Assembly: GCA_965116925.1 (NCBI GenBank)
Contig: OZ220744.1
Coordinates: 1,760,001-1,824,000 of the forward strand
DNA length: 64,000 nucleotides
Source of the DNA: Candidatus Poribacteria bacterium
Lineage (GTDB): Bacteria; Poribacteria; WGA-4E; PCPOR2b
Direction: 5' to 3'
Both the position numbers and the translations under genes were made by a program. Numbering within the stretch: position 1 is the first letter of the stretch; each line of letters starts with the position of its first letter. The notes under the pieces were generated by a model that ran no database searches, was not told the DNA's origin, and saw only the letters and a list, made by a program, of their open reading frames with translations. Of this stretch, positions 1 to 9,589 are shown piece after piece.

Positions 1-227
1 TGACGATACAGTTCTGCTACTAACTGGTCGGTGTCAGCCTCCGCTTTTGAGCGTCCGTTGGTAAACAATTGAGGTAATTGCTCAAGCACCTGTTTCTTCC
101 ATTGGTTGACTTGAGTCGGGTGCACTCCATATGCACTGGCTATCTGAGCGACTGTTTGTTGATTTTTTATCGCTTCAATAGCCACCTGTGCTTTAAATTG
201 ACTCGTGTACTGCTTTCTACGGGACAT
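1..227 (-). CDS. IS3-family transposase OrfA (HTH), partial
   Basis: Hand translation from ATG 227: MSRRKQYTSQFKAQVAIEAIKNQQTVAQIASAYGVHPTQVNQWKKQVLEQLPQLF...ELYR; RBS AAGGAG upstream; absent from ORF track because open at the edge. Confidence 0.88.
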   Translation of the reverse strand, partial: MSRRKQYTSQFKAQVAIEAIKNQQTVAQIASAYGVHPTQVNQWKKQVLEQLPQLFTNGRSKAEADTDQLVAELYR

Positions 228-346
228 GGGGGTGAAAACTCCTTTCTTTGTTAGGCGTTTCTGACCCATATTCTCGCACAGATGACGACTGTTTTATAGT
301 CCAAAATATATCTTATTCAGGTGCCCAGGTTTTGGGGGTAATTACA
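1..346 (-). mobile_element. IS3-family insertion sequence, left end only (runs off window)
   Basis: Minus strand begins TGTAATTACCCCCAAAACCTGGGCACC at 346 (TG terminus typical of IS3 family), followed by an OrfA gene; interrupts the methyltransferase ORF. Confidence 0.85.
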
Positions 347-1699
347 CTCAATGGTGTTGGGATTTCTGATGCTATCTGCTTTTATATTCAAAGCATCTGC
401 TAACTGTTTTTTGAGATCTGACTCCCATTCATGCGGTGGTAATAGCGAATCATTCCGATAGATATTACCACTCCCATCATTATTCATCACCATATTCATC
501 TTTGTTGCCTTAACAAGATCAGGATTGATGTCAAAACCGTAGAAGTTTGATGCGGCGATTTCTTTAATTCGGTCTCTAACCGCGCTTTTTTCATGATCCA
601 TCCATTCACTTTCTGGTTTTCCGAGATCTCTTTCAACTTCAGCTTTTAATTGTTCAATAACATGATTCATTGCCATGACCAAGAAACCGCCTGTGCCACA
701 CGAAGTATCGCAGACCTTTTCATCCGGTTGTGGGTTAATCATTTCAACTGCCATACGCATTATATTTCTCGGCGTGAAAAATTCTCCTCTGTCACCTCTT
801 AAATTCGCACCTACCAACTCCTCATACGCTTTGCCTTTTACATCTATATGGGTTTCAAGCAGGCTATAGGGTTGCAGCTCCGAGACAATCCACGCTAGCG
901 ATCGAGGCTCCAATTCAATCTCATCACTCGCTGCAAAGATCTGTGGAAACTGCCTTTTCACTGTCTTGAAGATTTTAGAAATTCGATTTTTTACTGTTAA
1001 TTGCCCATCCTGATTGGAACGTTCCTTTGATGTTGCATAAAACTCAAGTGGTTTTCCTACATTCTGCTCATCAAGCGTTTTACAGAAAATAAGTTTTAAC
1101 AACTCAAAAAACGCAGGTTGTTTTTGCAAACCGTCAGTCGCATAGATATGATTATGGCAGGTTCTGAAAACCATCAAGAGGTTATCTTCATAGGCTTTTT
1201 TCAAGGTGTTGCGTTTTGGTCTGTCGACATCATTTAGAGAGCCATCGGCGGGGGGAATATCGTTGTATTCCTGAAATTCATAGTCCCCTGCGACCTTTAC
1301 CTTTCTGAGTACCTGCTTGTATTTACCATTTGTCCACATACCCCATTCGCAATTTGGACACACACTCATATAGGACACGAGTTGTCCGACACCATTTTTA
1401 TGTTTCGGTTCTACTTTTTCGCTCTTGCATTCAACAATTAGCTTAACATACTCTTGAGTAAATTCAGGACTATCTTTCGGAAAGATGACTATATCCGCAC
1501 GCGGCCGTCCTGAACCCGATTTAAGACCAAATTCTATTCTAATTTGTTCCGGCTGGTATTTGTGCTCGTTGACCAACCTTTTTTCTATTGTCTGGCGGAC
1601 ATACTCTTCCGGTGTATCATTCCGGATTGTGCCATCAATGTAGTCACGAATTTTGCCTTCTGGCACTCTTATGACTTGTCTTTCTGATTCTCGATTCAT
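347..1699 (-). pseudogene. HsdR-N-type nuclease / N6-adenine methyltransferase fusion, truncated by IS
   Basis: PEEYVRQ..RADIVIF..IVECK..WTNG nuclease domain; RGEFFTP and DTSCGTGGF (motif I); no NPPF/Y motif IV before the IS; last residues of the 317..1699 ORF (CNYPQNLGT) are IS-encoded. Confidence 0.85.
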
Positions 1700-1772
1700 A
1701 GGTACTCCTTATGTATCGGGCACTTTTTTGATTAAAGATTGGTTTAATCTGTCAAGTCTCAACTAAACCTAG

Positions 1773-2663
1773 CTATTTTTGGGGAGGCATTAGTGTGGAT
1801 ACGGCTTTCGTCAACTCTGCTTTGTCTTTTAAGAGGACGGATAATCTTTCAGACAGTTCGCCTAGAACAAGCCTAATAGTGCTAGCAAGTTCCAAACATT
1901 CCTCATCGGATAATTCATGCACACCCCGGCTGAGTGCATGGTGCAACAAACGCATTGGACTATGACCGTCAATTAATAGACTTTCTGGTATAGCATTCTT
2001 TGCCATGTTAAGGGCTGTACTGAATTGAGTTTCTTCGATCGCATTGGATAATGTATCGATTTTGTCTTGCGATGCACCAATTTTCTTAGATACTCTGATT
2101 ATTTCTTCTAGGATCCTATTTTTTTGGTTTTCCACTACCCGTCGATAGTAAGTAAAAGCACCGATACCAAGTCCCTGATTCTCACATCCACGCCCTTTTA
2201 AAAAAATATCCCTATCTGGACCAATCAATTTAATAAGTCTTGAAGGAACGGGTGGACCATAGGGTGGATATTCACCAAATTTATAACATATCCCATGAGA
2301 TTCTCCAACCATATTAATTGTCGCCGATAAAGAATATAGTTTTACTGTTTTTGTGCAATTGGCACATCGGTACGTAACATAAAAATAATAAACAGTGTTT
2401 GGTTCCCCAAGTCTTCCTTCATCTGAAACATTAATGCAACGAAAAAACCGATCTCCATTGCACGAATCATACGAACAGTGCAGCTCCAGCTCGGGCTTGT
2501 TGATGAACCAACGAATGGTAACGTATGGTTTTGCTACGGTTTTTTGTACGGCTAAATCTGATATATAGGCTAGCTGATTCGGAGGAGTGTTTTGTAGAAA
2601 CTCAGAAAAAGGCTGGTAGGTGACTTCTGTCTCTGCCTGTTCTTGTTTGTTGAGCTCGGTCAT
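1773..2663 (-). CDS. Hypothetical protein, Cys-rich N-terminus with DUF4145/HEPN-like C-terminus
   Basis: 296 aa, AT-rich; CxxC pairs, GAFTYYRRVVE and LSRGVH motifs resemble DUF4145. Confidence 0.55.
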   Translation of the reverse strand: MTELNKQEQAETEVTYQPFSEFLQNTPPNQLAYISDLAVQKTVAKPYVTIRWFINKPELELHCSYDSCNGDRFFRCINVSDEGRLGEPNTVYYFYVTYRCANCTKTVKLYSLSATINMVGESHGICYKFGEYPPYGPPVPSRLIKLIGPDRDIFLKGRGCENQGLGIGAFTYYRRVVENQKNRILEEIIRVSKKIGASQDKIDTLSNAIEETQFSTALNMAKNAIPESLLIDGHSPMRLLHHALSRGVHELSDEECLELASTIRLVLGELSERLSVLLKDKAELTKAVSTLMPPQK

Positions 2664-2699
2664 AGACGCTCCTGTGAAATAACTTCAGTTTATATAACT

Positions 2700-2842
2700 A
2701 GGACTTACGCACTTGAACACTCAAAGGGACAGGCGGGCAACCACAAGGGTTGCTTCTACAGTCGATCTCAGGTTTATAGTCGGGCATGCCTATCAAGACG
2801 CGCAATGAATTGCGCTACTACAAACTGAACTGCGTAACTCCT
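2700..2842. mobile_element. 143-bp MITE-like element containing REP-like palindromes
   Basis: Ends AGGACTTACGCA / TGCGTAACTCCT (11/12 inverted match); flanks TATAACT / CATAACT (imperfect duplication); internal palindromes at 2735-2760 and 2798-2825. Confidence 0.65.
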
Positions 2843-2848
2843 CATAAC

Positions 2849-3130
2849 TTAATTATACCTTCGTTCCCAATCTATATCATTAAGGGTTTCAGCAGTTAAA
2901 GCTTGCTCAAAAAGCGCGTCAAGGCGGGCGAGACTCCGCAGTGACGAGATTCGCTGCACAACGGATTCGGGGATGGGGTCAAATCGAACCGTTAACAGTT
3001 TTTGGAGTGCATCGCGTTTGGCACGGATGATCCCCCGAGTTTCGCCACGGGCTTCGCCAATTTTTTTTCCTCGAGCTTCGCCCCGAGCTTCGCCTTGCTG
3101 TATCAGATATTCCGCCATTGTTTGTGCCAT
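2849..3130 (-). CDS. Putative in-frame small Rpn C-terminal protein (RpnS-like), 93 aa
   Basis: GAGGAGG 8 nt before internal ATG 3130 (MAQTMAEYLIQQGEARG...). Confidence 0.6.
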   Translation of the reverse strand: MAQTMAEYLIQQGEARGEARGKKIGEARGETRGIIRAKRDALQKLLTVRFDPIPESVVQRISSLRSLARLDALFEQALTAETLNDIDWERRYN

Positions 3131-3958
3131 GGCTTGTGCCTCCTCTCTCTGTGAGATATCTGGGATACGTTCGGAAATCAACGATGTTAACACATCACCT
3201 TCCTCACGCGGCCGACGGTGTAGAATCAATAGATATAAATAGAAAATCAACTGCTCACGCAACCCCGCTCCAGTGCCTTCGGCATTTATGATATGCGACG
3301 ATGCTTCTATCAATGCCTCCCGAATCGCCTGATGTGAGGCGGTTTCCTGCTGCAGCACCGTCAGCAGCCAACCAAACGGGTGGTTGCTTCCCGTCAAATC
3401 CGAGACCGATGCAGTCTTCACATCAAGCAATAGTGTGTCAAATGTGGGAACGAACCGAGCCAATTCCGAAGGCACTTCCATCACAGTATTGAGTGTCACC
3501 GGGATATCCCATCGCCGCTCACCGGTATAGAACACTATCGGCAGAATCGGTCGAAACCGCCATTCCCGTTTCGGCACTTCGTTTGACACCCAGTCCCGCC
3601 GTTGTGCATCCCAAATCTGCATCATATAAAATAGGACCCGAAACCCCATCGACACATCTACCGTTGATTGATGCTCAATGAGGATATAAATCCAGAGGTC
3701 TGCTGTCTCCGAGTCGCCCCGAAAGGGTACGCTACACACCACGTCAGATTCCTGCTCCCGAAGGTTGTCAGAGATAAAACTGCGATTAATGTGTGTCAGT
3801 TGAGTGAAATCTAATCGGGCCACCAATTCACTGGAGACAATTTCTAATAACCCCCGGACAATCTCCGTATTTTCGAGGAGCCATCGTGCCCCCCGGTCAG
3901 CGAACTGTTCAATTGGAAAGTTGAAAACAGCGAGTCTTTCTAAGTCTTTAGGGGGCAT
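2849..3958 (-). CDS. Rpn/YhgA-like PD-(D/E)XK nuclease (recombination-promoting nuclease)
   Basis: SFISDNLREQESDV, YILIEHQS, PILPIVFYTG motifs; GEARG repeats near the C-terminus. Confidence 0.9.
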   Translation of the reverse strand: MPPKDLERLAVFNFPIEQFADRGARWLLENTEIVRGLLEIVSSELVARLDFTQLTHINRSFISDNLREQESDVVCSVPFRGDSETADLWIYILIEHQSTVDVSMGFRVLFYMMQIWDAQRRDWVSNEVPKREWRFRPILPIVFYTGERRWDIPVTLNTVMEVPSELARFVPTFDTLLLDVKTASVSDLTGSNHPFGWLLTVLQQETASHQAIREALIEASSHIINAEGTGAGLREQLIFYLYLLILHRRPREEGDVLTSLISERIPDISQREEAQAMAQTMAEYLIQQGEARGEARGKKIGEARGETRGIIRAKRDALQKLLTVRFDPIPESVVQRISSLRSLARLDALFEQALTAETLNDIDWERRYN

Positions 3959-4087
3959 CGTTCCAACTTTCTTAATCAGCGTTCAACTGTGCTTAGAACA
4001 GCAGACAATGGTATTTTGATGGCTTTGATATAAGCCAAAAGTTTAGCACAATTCCGAAAAAAATTACAACGAAAAGTGCCAAGCTAA

Positions 4088-5350
4088 TTACGTCCGCAGC
4101 TGCCCATTCCCGTAGACGATGTACTTATAGCTCGTCAACCCTTCAAGCCCCATGGGGCCCCGGCAGTGCAGCTTTTGTGTGCTGATGCCTACCTCCGCAC
4201 CGAGTCCAAATTCGTAACCGTCGGTGAAGCAGGTGCTCGCATTGACATAAACCGCCGCGGAGTCAACCTCTTTGAGAAACCGTTGTGCGGTGGTGTAGTT
4301 CTCCGTCACAATCGTGTCCGAGTGGTGTGAGCCGTAGGTTTCGATATGTTCTACCGCTGCGTCGAAGTCCGAGACGATTCGGATGGATAGGATGTAATCG
4401 AGGTATTCCGTTCTCCAATCTTCCTCGGTGGCAGGAAGCAGATCTGGACATATCGCCCGCGTTTGCTCACAGCCACGCAGCTCAACCTCCTCGGCGACAA
4501 ATTTTTCGCACATTGACGGGAGAAAGTCAGGGGCGATTTCTTCGTGCACAAGCAGCGTCTCCATTGCGTTGCAGACGGCGACCTTGTAACCGCTCTTTGC
4601 GTTTATACAGATTTCCTCCGCCATCTCGGTATCGGCTGCCTGATCAACGTAGACATGACAGATTCCATCCGCATGACCGAGCACCGGAATCTCCGACTGC
4701 TTCATCAAGTAACGAACTAACTCGTAGCTTCCCCGCGGTACAATAAGATCGATCAGGTCAGGCAACGCAATCATTTCGTGGACAGCCTGCCGATCGGTAA
4801 TATCTACAAACTGAACGGCACCCGGTATCCCCTCTTTTTCAGCGGTCTCGCTCAATATATTAGCAAGTGCCGTGTTCGAGTGGATTGCCTCCGATCCACC
4901 GCGTAGAATAACACCGTTGCCGGACTTGATACACAAGGCAGAGACCTCGACCGTGACATCTGGACGCGATTCATAGATAACGCCCACCACGCCGATTGGG
5001 ACACTCACGCGCCCTATCTGTAGACCGTTGGGTCGCTCCCGGATGTGTGAAACCTCTCCGATGGGATCTGGCAACGCGGCAACCTGTCTTAAATTATCCG
5101 CCATCCGTGCAATCTTCTTCTCATCTAACTCTAGTCGCTGCATCAGCGGCTCAGCAAGCCCCGTCTTCTGCCCTTCCTCCAGATCGATTTGATTTGCTTC
5201 TTGGATCTTGCTCTTGAATGTTAGGACACTGTCCGCCATCGCTAGCAGTGCTCCGTTACGCACATCAACGGAAGTTTTGGACAGCGTGCGCTTGGCAGCT
5301 TTGGCAGTTTGGGCTTTTGAACGGATCATCTCCTGAATTGCTTGGCTCAT
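4088..5350 (-). CDS. proA: Gamma-glutamyl phosphate reductase
   Basis: GVIYESRP, LRGGSEA, VCNAMETLLV, DGYEFGLGAEVGISTQKLH. Confidence 0.97.
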   Translation of the reverse strand: MSQAIQEMIRSKAQTAKAAKRTLSKTSVDVRNGALLAMADSVLTFKSKIQEANQIDLEEGQKTGLAEPLMQRLELDEKKIARMADNLRQVAALPDPIGEVSHIRERPNGLQIGRVSVPIGVVGVIYESRPDVTVEVSALCIKSGNGVILRGGSEAIHSNTALANILSETAEKEGIPGAVQFVDITDRQAVHEMIALPDLIDLIVPRGSYELVRYLMKQSEIPVLGHADGICHVYVDQAADTEMAEEICINAKSGYKVAVCNAMETLLVHEEIAPDFLPSMCEKFVAEEVELRGCEQTRAICPDLLPATEEDWRTEYLDYILSIRIVSDFDAAVEHIETYGSHHSDTIVTENYTTAQRFLKEVDSAAVYVNASTCFTDGYEFGLGAEVGISTQKLHCRGPMGLEGLTSYKYIVYGNGQLRT

Positions 5351-5451
5351 AATATGTTTTTCTCCTAATCTAGTCGCTATATTAACCTTTAGTGCTAGTT
5401 GGTGGGACTATCCTTTTCGCCTCTTGATTTATTGGTTCACTTGTTCATTAT

Positions 5452-5484
5452 CGGTGCGGTTGGAAACCGCACCTACCGGGGGCG
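5452..5484. repeat. REP-like hairpin (GGTGCGGTT-GGA-AACCGCACC-TACCGGGGGCG)
   Basis: 9-bp stem; an interrupted copy lies at 52230-52380. Confidence 0.75.
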
Positions 5485-5540
5485 AATGAATCCACAAACA
5501 AATTGCTTTCACGCTTCACACATCACGTTTCACTCACGGA

Positions 5541-6029
5541 TTAGCCAGCGAACAAAAACCCTAGGTAAACGCCGACTCCAACTAAAATGATCGCTACGCC
5601 GATAACACCTATCACAAGTTTCCACGTCAAAGCGATTGGTCCTCCTTCCTGTTCCGATGTTTCCCAGAATACCCTCTCGTTTTCCCTTGCTTCTTCTTCC
5701 TCCTCTTGTTGCTTTCTGGTCTCCCCCGTGACGGGGACGGGTGCATCATCCGATTCTGTTTGAACGCTTGATTCATCTTGGTTCGTTTCTCCGTCCATAG
5801 TTTCCGTGGTTGCAGGTTGATCCGCTGCTATGGATGAAGAATCGGATTGCACATCTGATAATATGGCATTGGTTGAATCCATTGTGTTATCTGCCGCATC
5901 ACCCTGATCTGCCTCCGCTGTTTTTTCTTCAGATTCTTGCGACGTTGACTGTTTTCCTGACCACATTGCTTGACGTTGCTCTTTATATTTTTCCTGCAAC
6001 GCCTGTTTGTCTTTTTCATTCAGCTGCAC
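5541..6029 (-). CDS. Hypothetical acidic protein with C-terminal transmembrane anchor
   Basis: AGGAGG RBS and GTG start; acidic low-complexity linker; hydrophobic C-terminal helix. Confidence 0.75.
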   Translation of the reverse strand: MQLNEKDKQALQEKYKEQRQAMWSGKQSTSQESEEKTAEADQGDAADNTMDSTNAILSDVQSDSSSIAADQPATTETMDGETNQDESSVQTESDDAPVPVTGETRKQQEEEEEARENERVFWETSEQEGGPIALTWKLVIGVIGVAIILVGVGVYLGFLFAG

Positions 6030-6067
6030 AACGGTTACCTCCTGAGAATCACTCGCTTTACTCTCCG

Positions 6068-6451
6068 TTATTCGTCGGAGATTTTCTCGATCTTAACAAC
6101 AGTTCCATCCTTGACCTGTTTGAACGCCGTTGGCTCGCCGATCAGTTTACCGACAACATTGACCGGACTCGCGGGACGAATCTCCGCACCCCGACTCATC
6201 GGGGTGGGTCCAAAGAAGATACAGAACGCCGTGCCGGGGGGCCAATAGGCAAGTTCGCCTAATTCTACCACCTCTTGTGCATTATCTGTCTCCGCTTCTA
6301 CAGGGATGGAAAAGTAGATTTCGTCACCCCACGTATTCCCACGCTCCTCAATCGGGAGCACATCCCAAATCTGCTGTGCCGTTTGGGATTGATTCAACTC
6401 AGCTTCCATGACAACAGGTTCTGCGGTGATTCTTATCCGCTTCTCTGGCAT
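6068..6451 (-). CDS. Cyclophilin-like fold protein (TM1367-like)
   Basis: WGDEIYF, GELAYWPPG, FCIFFGPTP; GGAGG RBS supports start 6451 rather than 6535. Confidence 0.85.
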   Translation of the reverse strand: MPEKRIRITAEPVVMEAELNQSQTAQQIWDVLPIEERGNTWGDEIYFSIPVEAETDNAQEVVELGELAYWPPGTAFCIFFGPTPMSRGAEIRPASPVNVVGKLIGEPTAFKQVKDGTVVKIEKISDE

Positions 6452-6603
6452 GATATTCCTCCAAGATGGAACGGGGTGAAATCCCATTTGCTGTTGACTT
6501 ACAGGATACTTTTTGCGATAATAGGTATCCAGCAAGATTTAATTCTATCATAAGCCTATAAGGATTCTCAACACAAAAAATAGTTCACGCAGGAGGAAAC
6601 ATA

Positions 6604-7338
6604 ATGAGACTGAGGGACCGTGTTGCAATTGTAACAGGCGGTGGACAGGGAATTGGACGGGCAACCTGCCTGCTGCTTGCCAAAGAAGGTGCAAATATCG
6701 TTATTGCAGAATATAACCCGACTACAGCTGAAGCCGTGGGAAAGGAGATCGAAGGACTCGGTGTGCGGAGTCTTGTCCTCCAGACCGATGTCTCAGATGG
6801 CGAGTCTGTCCGTTCAATGGTAGATCAGACCCTCAATGCTTTTGGACGGATCGATATTTTGGTCAATAACGCCGGGATTTTTAGCTATACACAAATTGAG
6901 GAGTGCACCGAAGAGGAGTGGGACAGAATAATGGCGGTCAACCTCAAGGGACCGTTCCTCTGTTCACAAGCAGTTATCGATACAATGAAAAAACAGAAGT
7001 CCGGCAGAATTATCAGTCTCGGTTCCTTAGCGGGTCAGGTTGGCGGACTTGTTTCATCTGCACCGTACGCTGCTTCTAAAGCGGGTGTTATGTGTCTTAC
7101 AAAATCCCTAGCGCGTGCCCTCGGACCGCACAACATCACTGTCAATGCAATCGCTCCCGGTGTTGCTGCAACGGATATGACGACGAATCATCCCGATTTG
7201 ACTGCACAGATGGTACTTGGTCGAGTTGCCGAGCCGGTGGAAGTTGCGAATGCGATTCTGTTCCTTGCTTCCGATGAAGGTTCTTACGTGACAGGCTTCA
7301 CACTTAACGTCAACGGCGGGATGTTCATGTCGTCTTGA
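6604..7338 (+). CDS. Short-chain dehydrogenase/reductase (FabG-like)
   Basis: TGGGQGIG, NNAG, YAASK. Confidence 0.93.
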   Translation: MRLRDRVAIVTGGGQGIGRATCLLLAKEGANIVIAEYNPTTAEAVGKEIEGLGVRSLVLQTDVSDGESVRSMVDQTLNAFGRIDILVNNAGIFSYTQIEECTEEEWDRIMAVNLKGPFLCSQAVIDTMKKQKSGRIISLGSLAGQVGGLVSSAPYAASKAGVMCLTKSLARALGPHNITVNAIAPGVAATDMTTNHPDLTAQMVLGRVAEPVEVANAILFLASDEGSYVTGFTLNVNGGMFMSS

Positions 7339-7344
7339 AATCCC

Positions 7345-7373
7345 TTGAAAATCCACGCTGCTTCTGATACAAT
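7345..7373 (+). promoter_or_regulatory. Sigma70-type promoter for dapL
   Basis: TTGAAA-17 bp-TACAAT with extended -10 TG. Confidence 0.65.
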
Positions 7374-7424
7374 CCCCGCAGCTTAAGAAATAGGATTTTG
7401 AAATTTTAGAAGTTAGGAGAAAAG

Positions 7425-8594
7425 ATGCAGATTGCAAATAGACTTAAAAGGATTCCACCCTACCTGTTCATCGAACTACGGAATAAAATTAATCAAGCAA
7501 TTGCCGACGGCATTGATGTTATCAGCTTGGGAATCGGTGACCCCGTTGAACCAACGCCGCAGCCCGTTATCGACGAACTCTGCCGCACTGCAGCGGACCC
7601 GGCAAACCATCGTTACCCGACAGATGAAGAGAAGGGCATGTTCGCGTTTCGGAAGGAGGTTGCCGATTGGTATGCTGAACGGTACAACGTTGAATTGGAT
7701 CCAGAGGAGGAAGTCCTCGGATTAATCGGATCCAAGGAGGGTTGCCACCATTTTATTCTCGCGGTTGTGAATCCCGGAGAGACAGTTTTAATGACAGATC
7801 CCGGCTATCCTGCGTACCGGGCGAGTATCTTCATGGCTGAAGGGGAGCCTTACAATGTCCCAATCACAGGAGAGAACGGCTTTCTACCCAAGCTTGCCGA
7901 TATTCCGTCGGATGTCGCCAATCAAGCGACGGCGATGTTCTTGAACTACCCCAATAACCCAACCGGGGCGACTGCGACACCTGAGTTTTTTGCGGAAGTA
8001 GTTGAGTTTGCCAAAAATTACGACATTGCTGTGTGCCACGATAACCCGTATAGCGAGATTGTCTTTGAAGGCGAAGAGCCGTTGAGTTTTCTTTCGACGC
8101 CGGGAGCGAAGGACGTTGGCGTTGAGCTCAATTCGTTGTCCAAGCCGTTCAATATGACAGGATGGCGAATTGGGATGGCGATGGGGAATGCAGAACTTAT
8201 CGAGGGGATGGCAAAGGTCAAGGGAAATACCGATTCGGGAATTTTCAACGCGATTCAATACGCTGGAATTGCCGCTCTGACGGAATGCCGCAATAACATT
8301 GACAAAATGCTGCCCATCTACACGGGCCGTCGTGAGAGGGTGCTTAACACCTTCAAGGAACTCGGTTGGGCTGATTATGATACACCCAAGGGGACATTCT
8401 ACCTCTGGCTGCCAACCCCTGATGGGCTGAACTCGGTAGATTTCGCAACGTTGATGTTTGAAAAAGCAGCGGTTGTGATTGCGCCGGGGGCATCGTACGG
8501 TGAGTATGGCGAAGGGTATTTCCGACTGGTCTTGACCGTACCGGATGACAGGTTGGACGAGGCACTAGATCGGATTAAAAAAGCATTGAGTTGA
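7425..8594 (+). CDS. dapL: LL-diaminopimelate aminotransferase (class I/II PLP enzyme)
   Basis: PPYLF, LIGSKEG, NYPNNPTG, SLSKPFNMTGWRIG. Confidence 0.8.
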   Translation: MQIANRLKRIPPYLFIELRNKINQAIADGIDVISLGIGDPVEPTPQPVIDELCRTAADPANHRYPTDEEKGMFAFRKEVADWYAERYNVELDPEEEVLGLIGSKEGCHHFILAVVNPGETVLMTDPGYPAYRASIFMAEGEPYNVPITGENGFLPKLADIPSDVANQATAMFLNYPNNPTGATATPEFFAEVVEFAKNYDIAVCHDNPYSEIVFEGEEPLSFLSTPGAKDVGVELNSLSKPFNMTGWRIGMAMGNAELIEGMAKVKGNTDSGIFNAIQYAGIAALTECRNNIDKMLPIYTGRRERVLNTFKELGWADYDTPKGTFYLWLPTPDGLNSVDFATLMFEKAAVVIAPGASYGEYGEGYFRLVLTVPDDRLDEALDRIKKALS

Positions 8595-8659
8595 TAAAAC
8601 TGTAACAGGAGGTCGTGCTTCTACCATTTTGAAGGGGGTTCGGAAGGAAGGGGTGTGCC

Positions 8660-9310
8660 CTATTGTCTTAACTCTTGGGCAGTGCCGGTTTTCAGGACTT
8701 TATAGCTGCACACCGAATCCCCGGAGGGCATGTGACATTCTCGTTCAACTGGCACATCGAGTAGCCGCTTCAACAGGGACAATTCGAGTTGACAGAGTTG
8801 GGGATATTTCTGTGCAATAGATTCAAGGGCGCAGTTGTGTTCTTTAAGGATATAGGCGCTTGGGGTTTCCGTAATTTCGACCTGATAGCCCTCTTCATCC
8901 AAAAACGCGGCAAGTATTTTAATCTTTTCGGCTAAACTCTTACCCTCGATATCGTCGAGACACATCGTGACCTTTGCTTCCATCTGATATTCAAGGAGTT
9001 GGTTGACCTTTTCTGCGCCGTCAATTACCACCAAGGCATCCAAAGTGCCCAGTGCGAATCGTGGGTAGTCGTTCGGAAACAGACTCTCCTTTGCCTCCGA
9101 GGTGAGTTTATATATGTAGACAGGTCTGCCCCGGCTAATTTTTTCGCGATAGTGTTGGATGTAGCCTTCCCGCTCTAGGATAGACAGATGTTGACGCACT
9201 GTCATCGAATGAAGGTCTAACTGCTTCGCAAGTTCACCGGCTGTCATACCGTTATTTTTTTTCAAAAGTTCGACGATTGCGCCGCGTGTGTCTTTCGGTA
9301 CTGATTTCAT
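8660..9310 (-). CDS. SufR-like HTH regulator with Fe-S-type Cys motif
   Basis: wHTH TVRQHL..LEREG..RGRP; C-terminal HNC...YPQLC..E...C motif. Confidence 0.8.
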   Translation of the reverse strand: MKSVPKDTRGAIVELLKKNNGMTAGELAKQLDLHSMTVRQHLSILEREGYIQHYREKISRGRPVYIYKLTSEAKESLFPNDYPRFALGTLDALVVIDGAEKVNQLLEYQMEAKVTMCLDDIEGKSLAEKIKILAAFLDEEGYQVEITETPSAYILKEHNCALESIAQKYPQLCQLELSLLKRLLDVPVERECHMPSGDSVCSYKVLKTGTAQELRQ

Positions 9311-9433
9311 GGTTTTACCTTCCCGGCTTTGGCAGCGAACACGCCTTAACTCCTGCGTATTACTATGTCTCCAAAATTCCCTGATTAGGCAAAAATATTG
9401 GCTAACAAGCCTTCCCAGTACAATTCTGGTAAG

Positions 9434-9462
9434 ATTATATCAGAAAAATAGCACATTTACAA
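9434..9462 (-). promoter_or_regulatory. Promoter for the SufR-like gene
   Basis: Minus strand TTGTAA-17 bp-TATAAT with extended -10. Confidence 0.65.
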
Positions 9463-9490
9463 GTCAAAATAGGTTTTTTAAGTTATTTAC

Positions 9491-9520
9491 TTGACAAAAC
9501 ATAAAATATCGTGTTACTAT
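9491..9520 (+). promoter_or_regulatory. Promoter for sigma factor / nfuA
   Basis: TTGACA-18 bp-TACTAT with extended -10 TG. Confidence 0.65.
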
Positions 9521-9589
9521 TCCACCAATTCGATGCTAAACCCTGTTACGATACGTTAGTTTAACAGCCTTCTTAGGAGAGCGAGGTAA

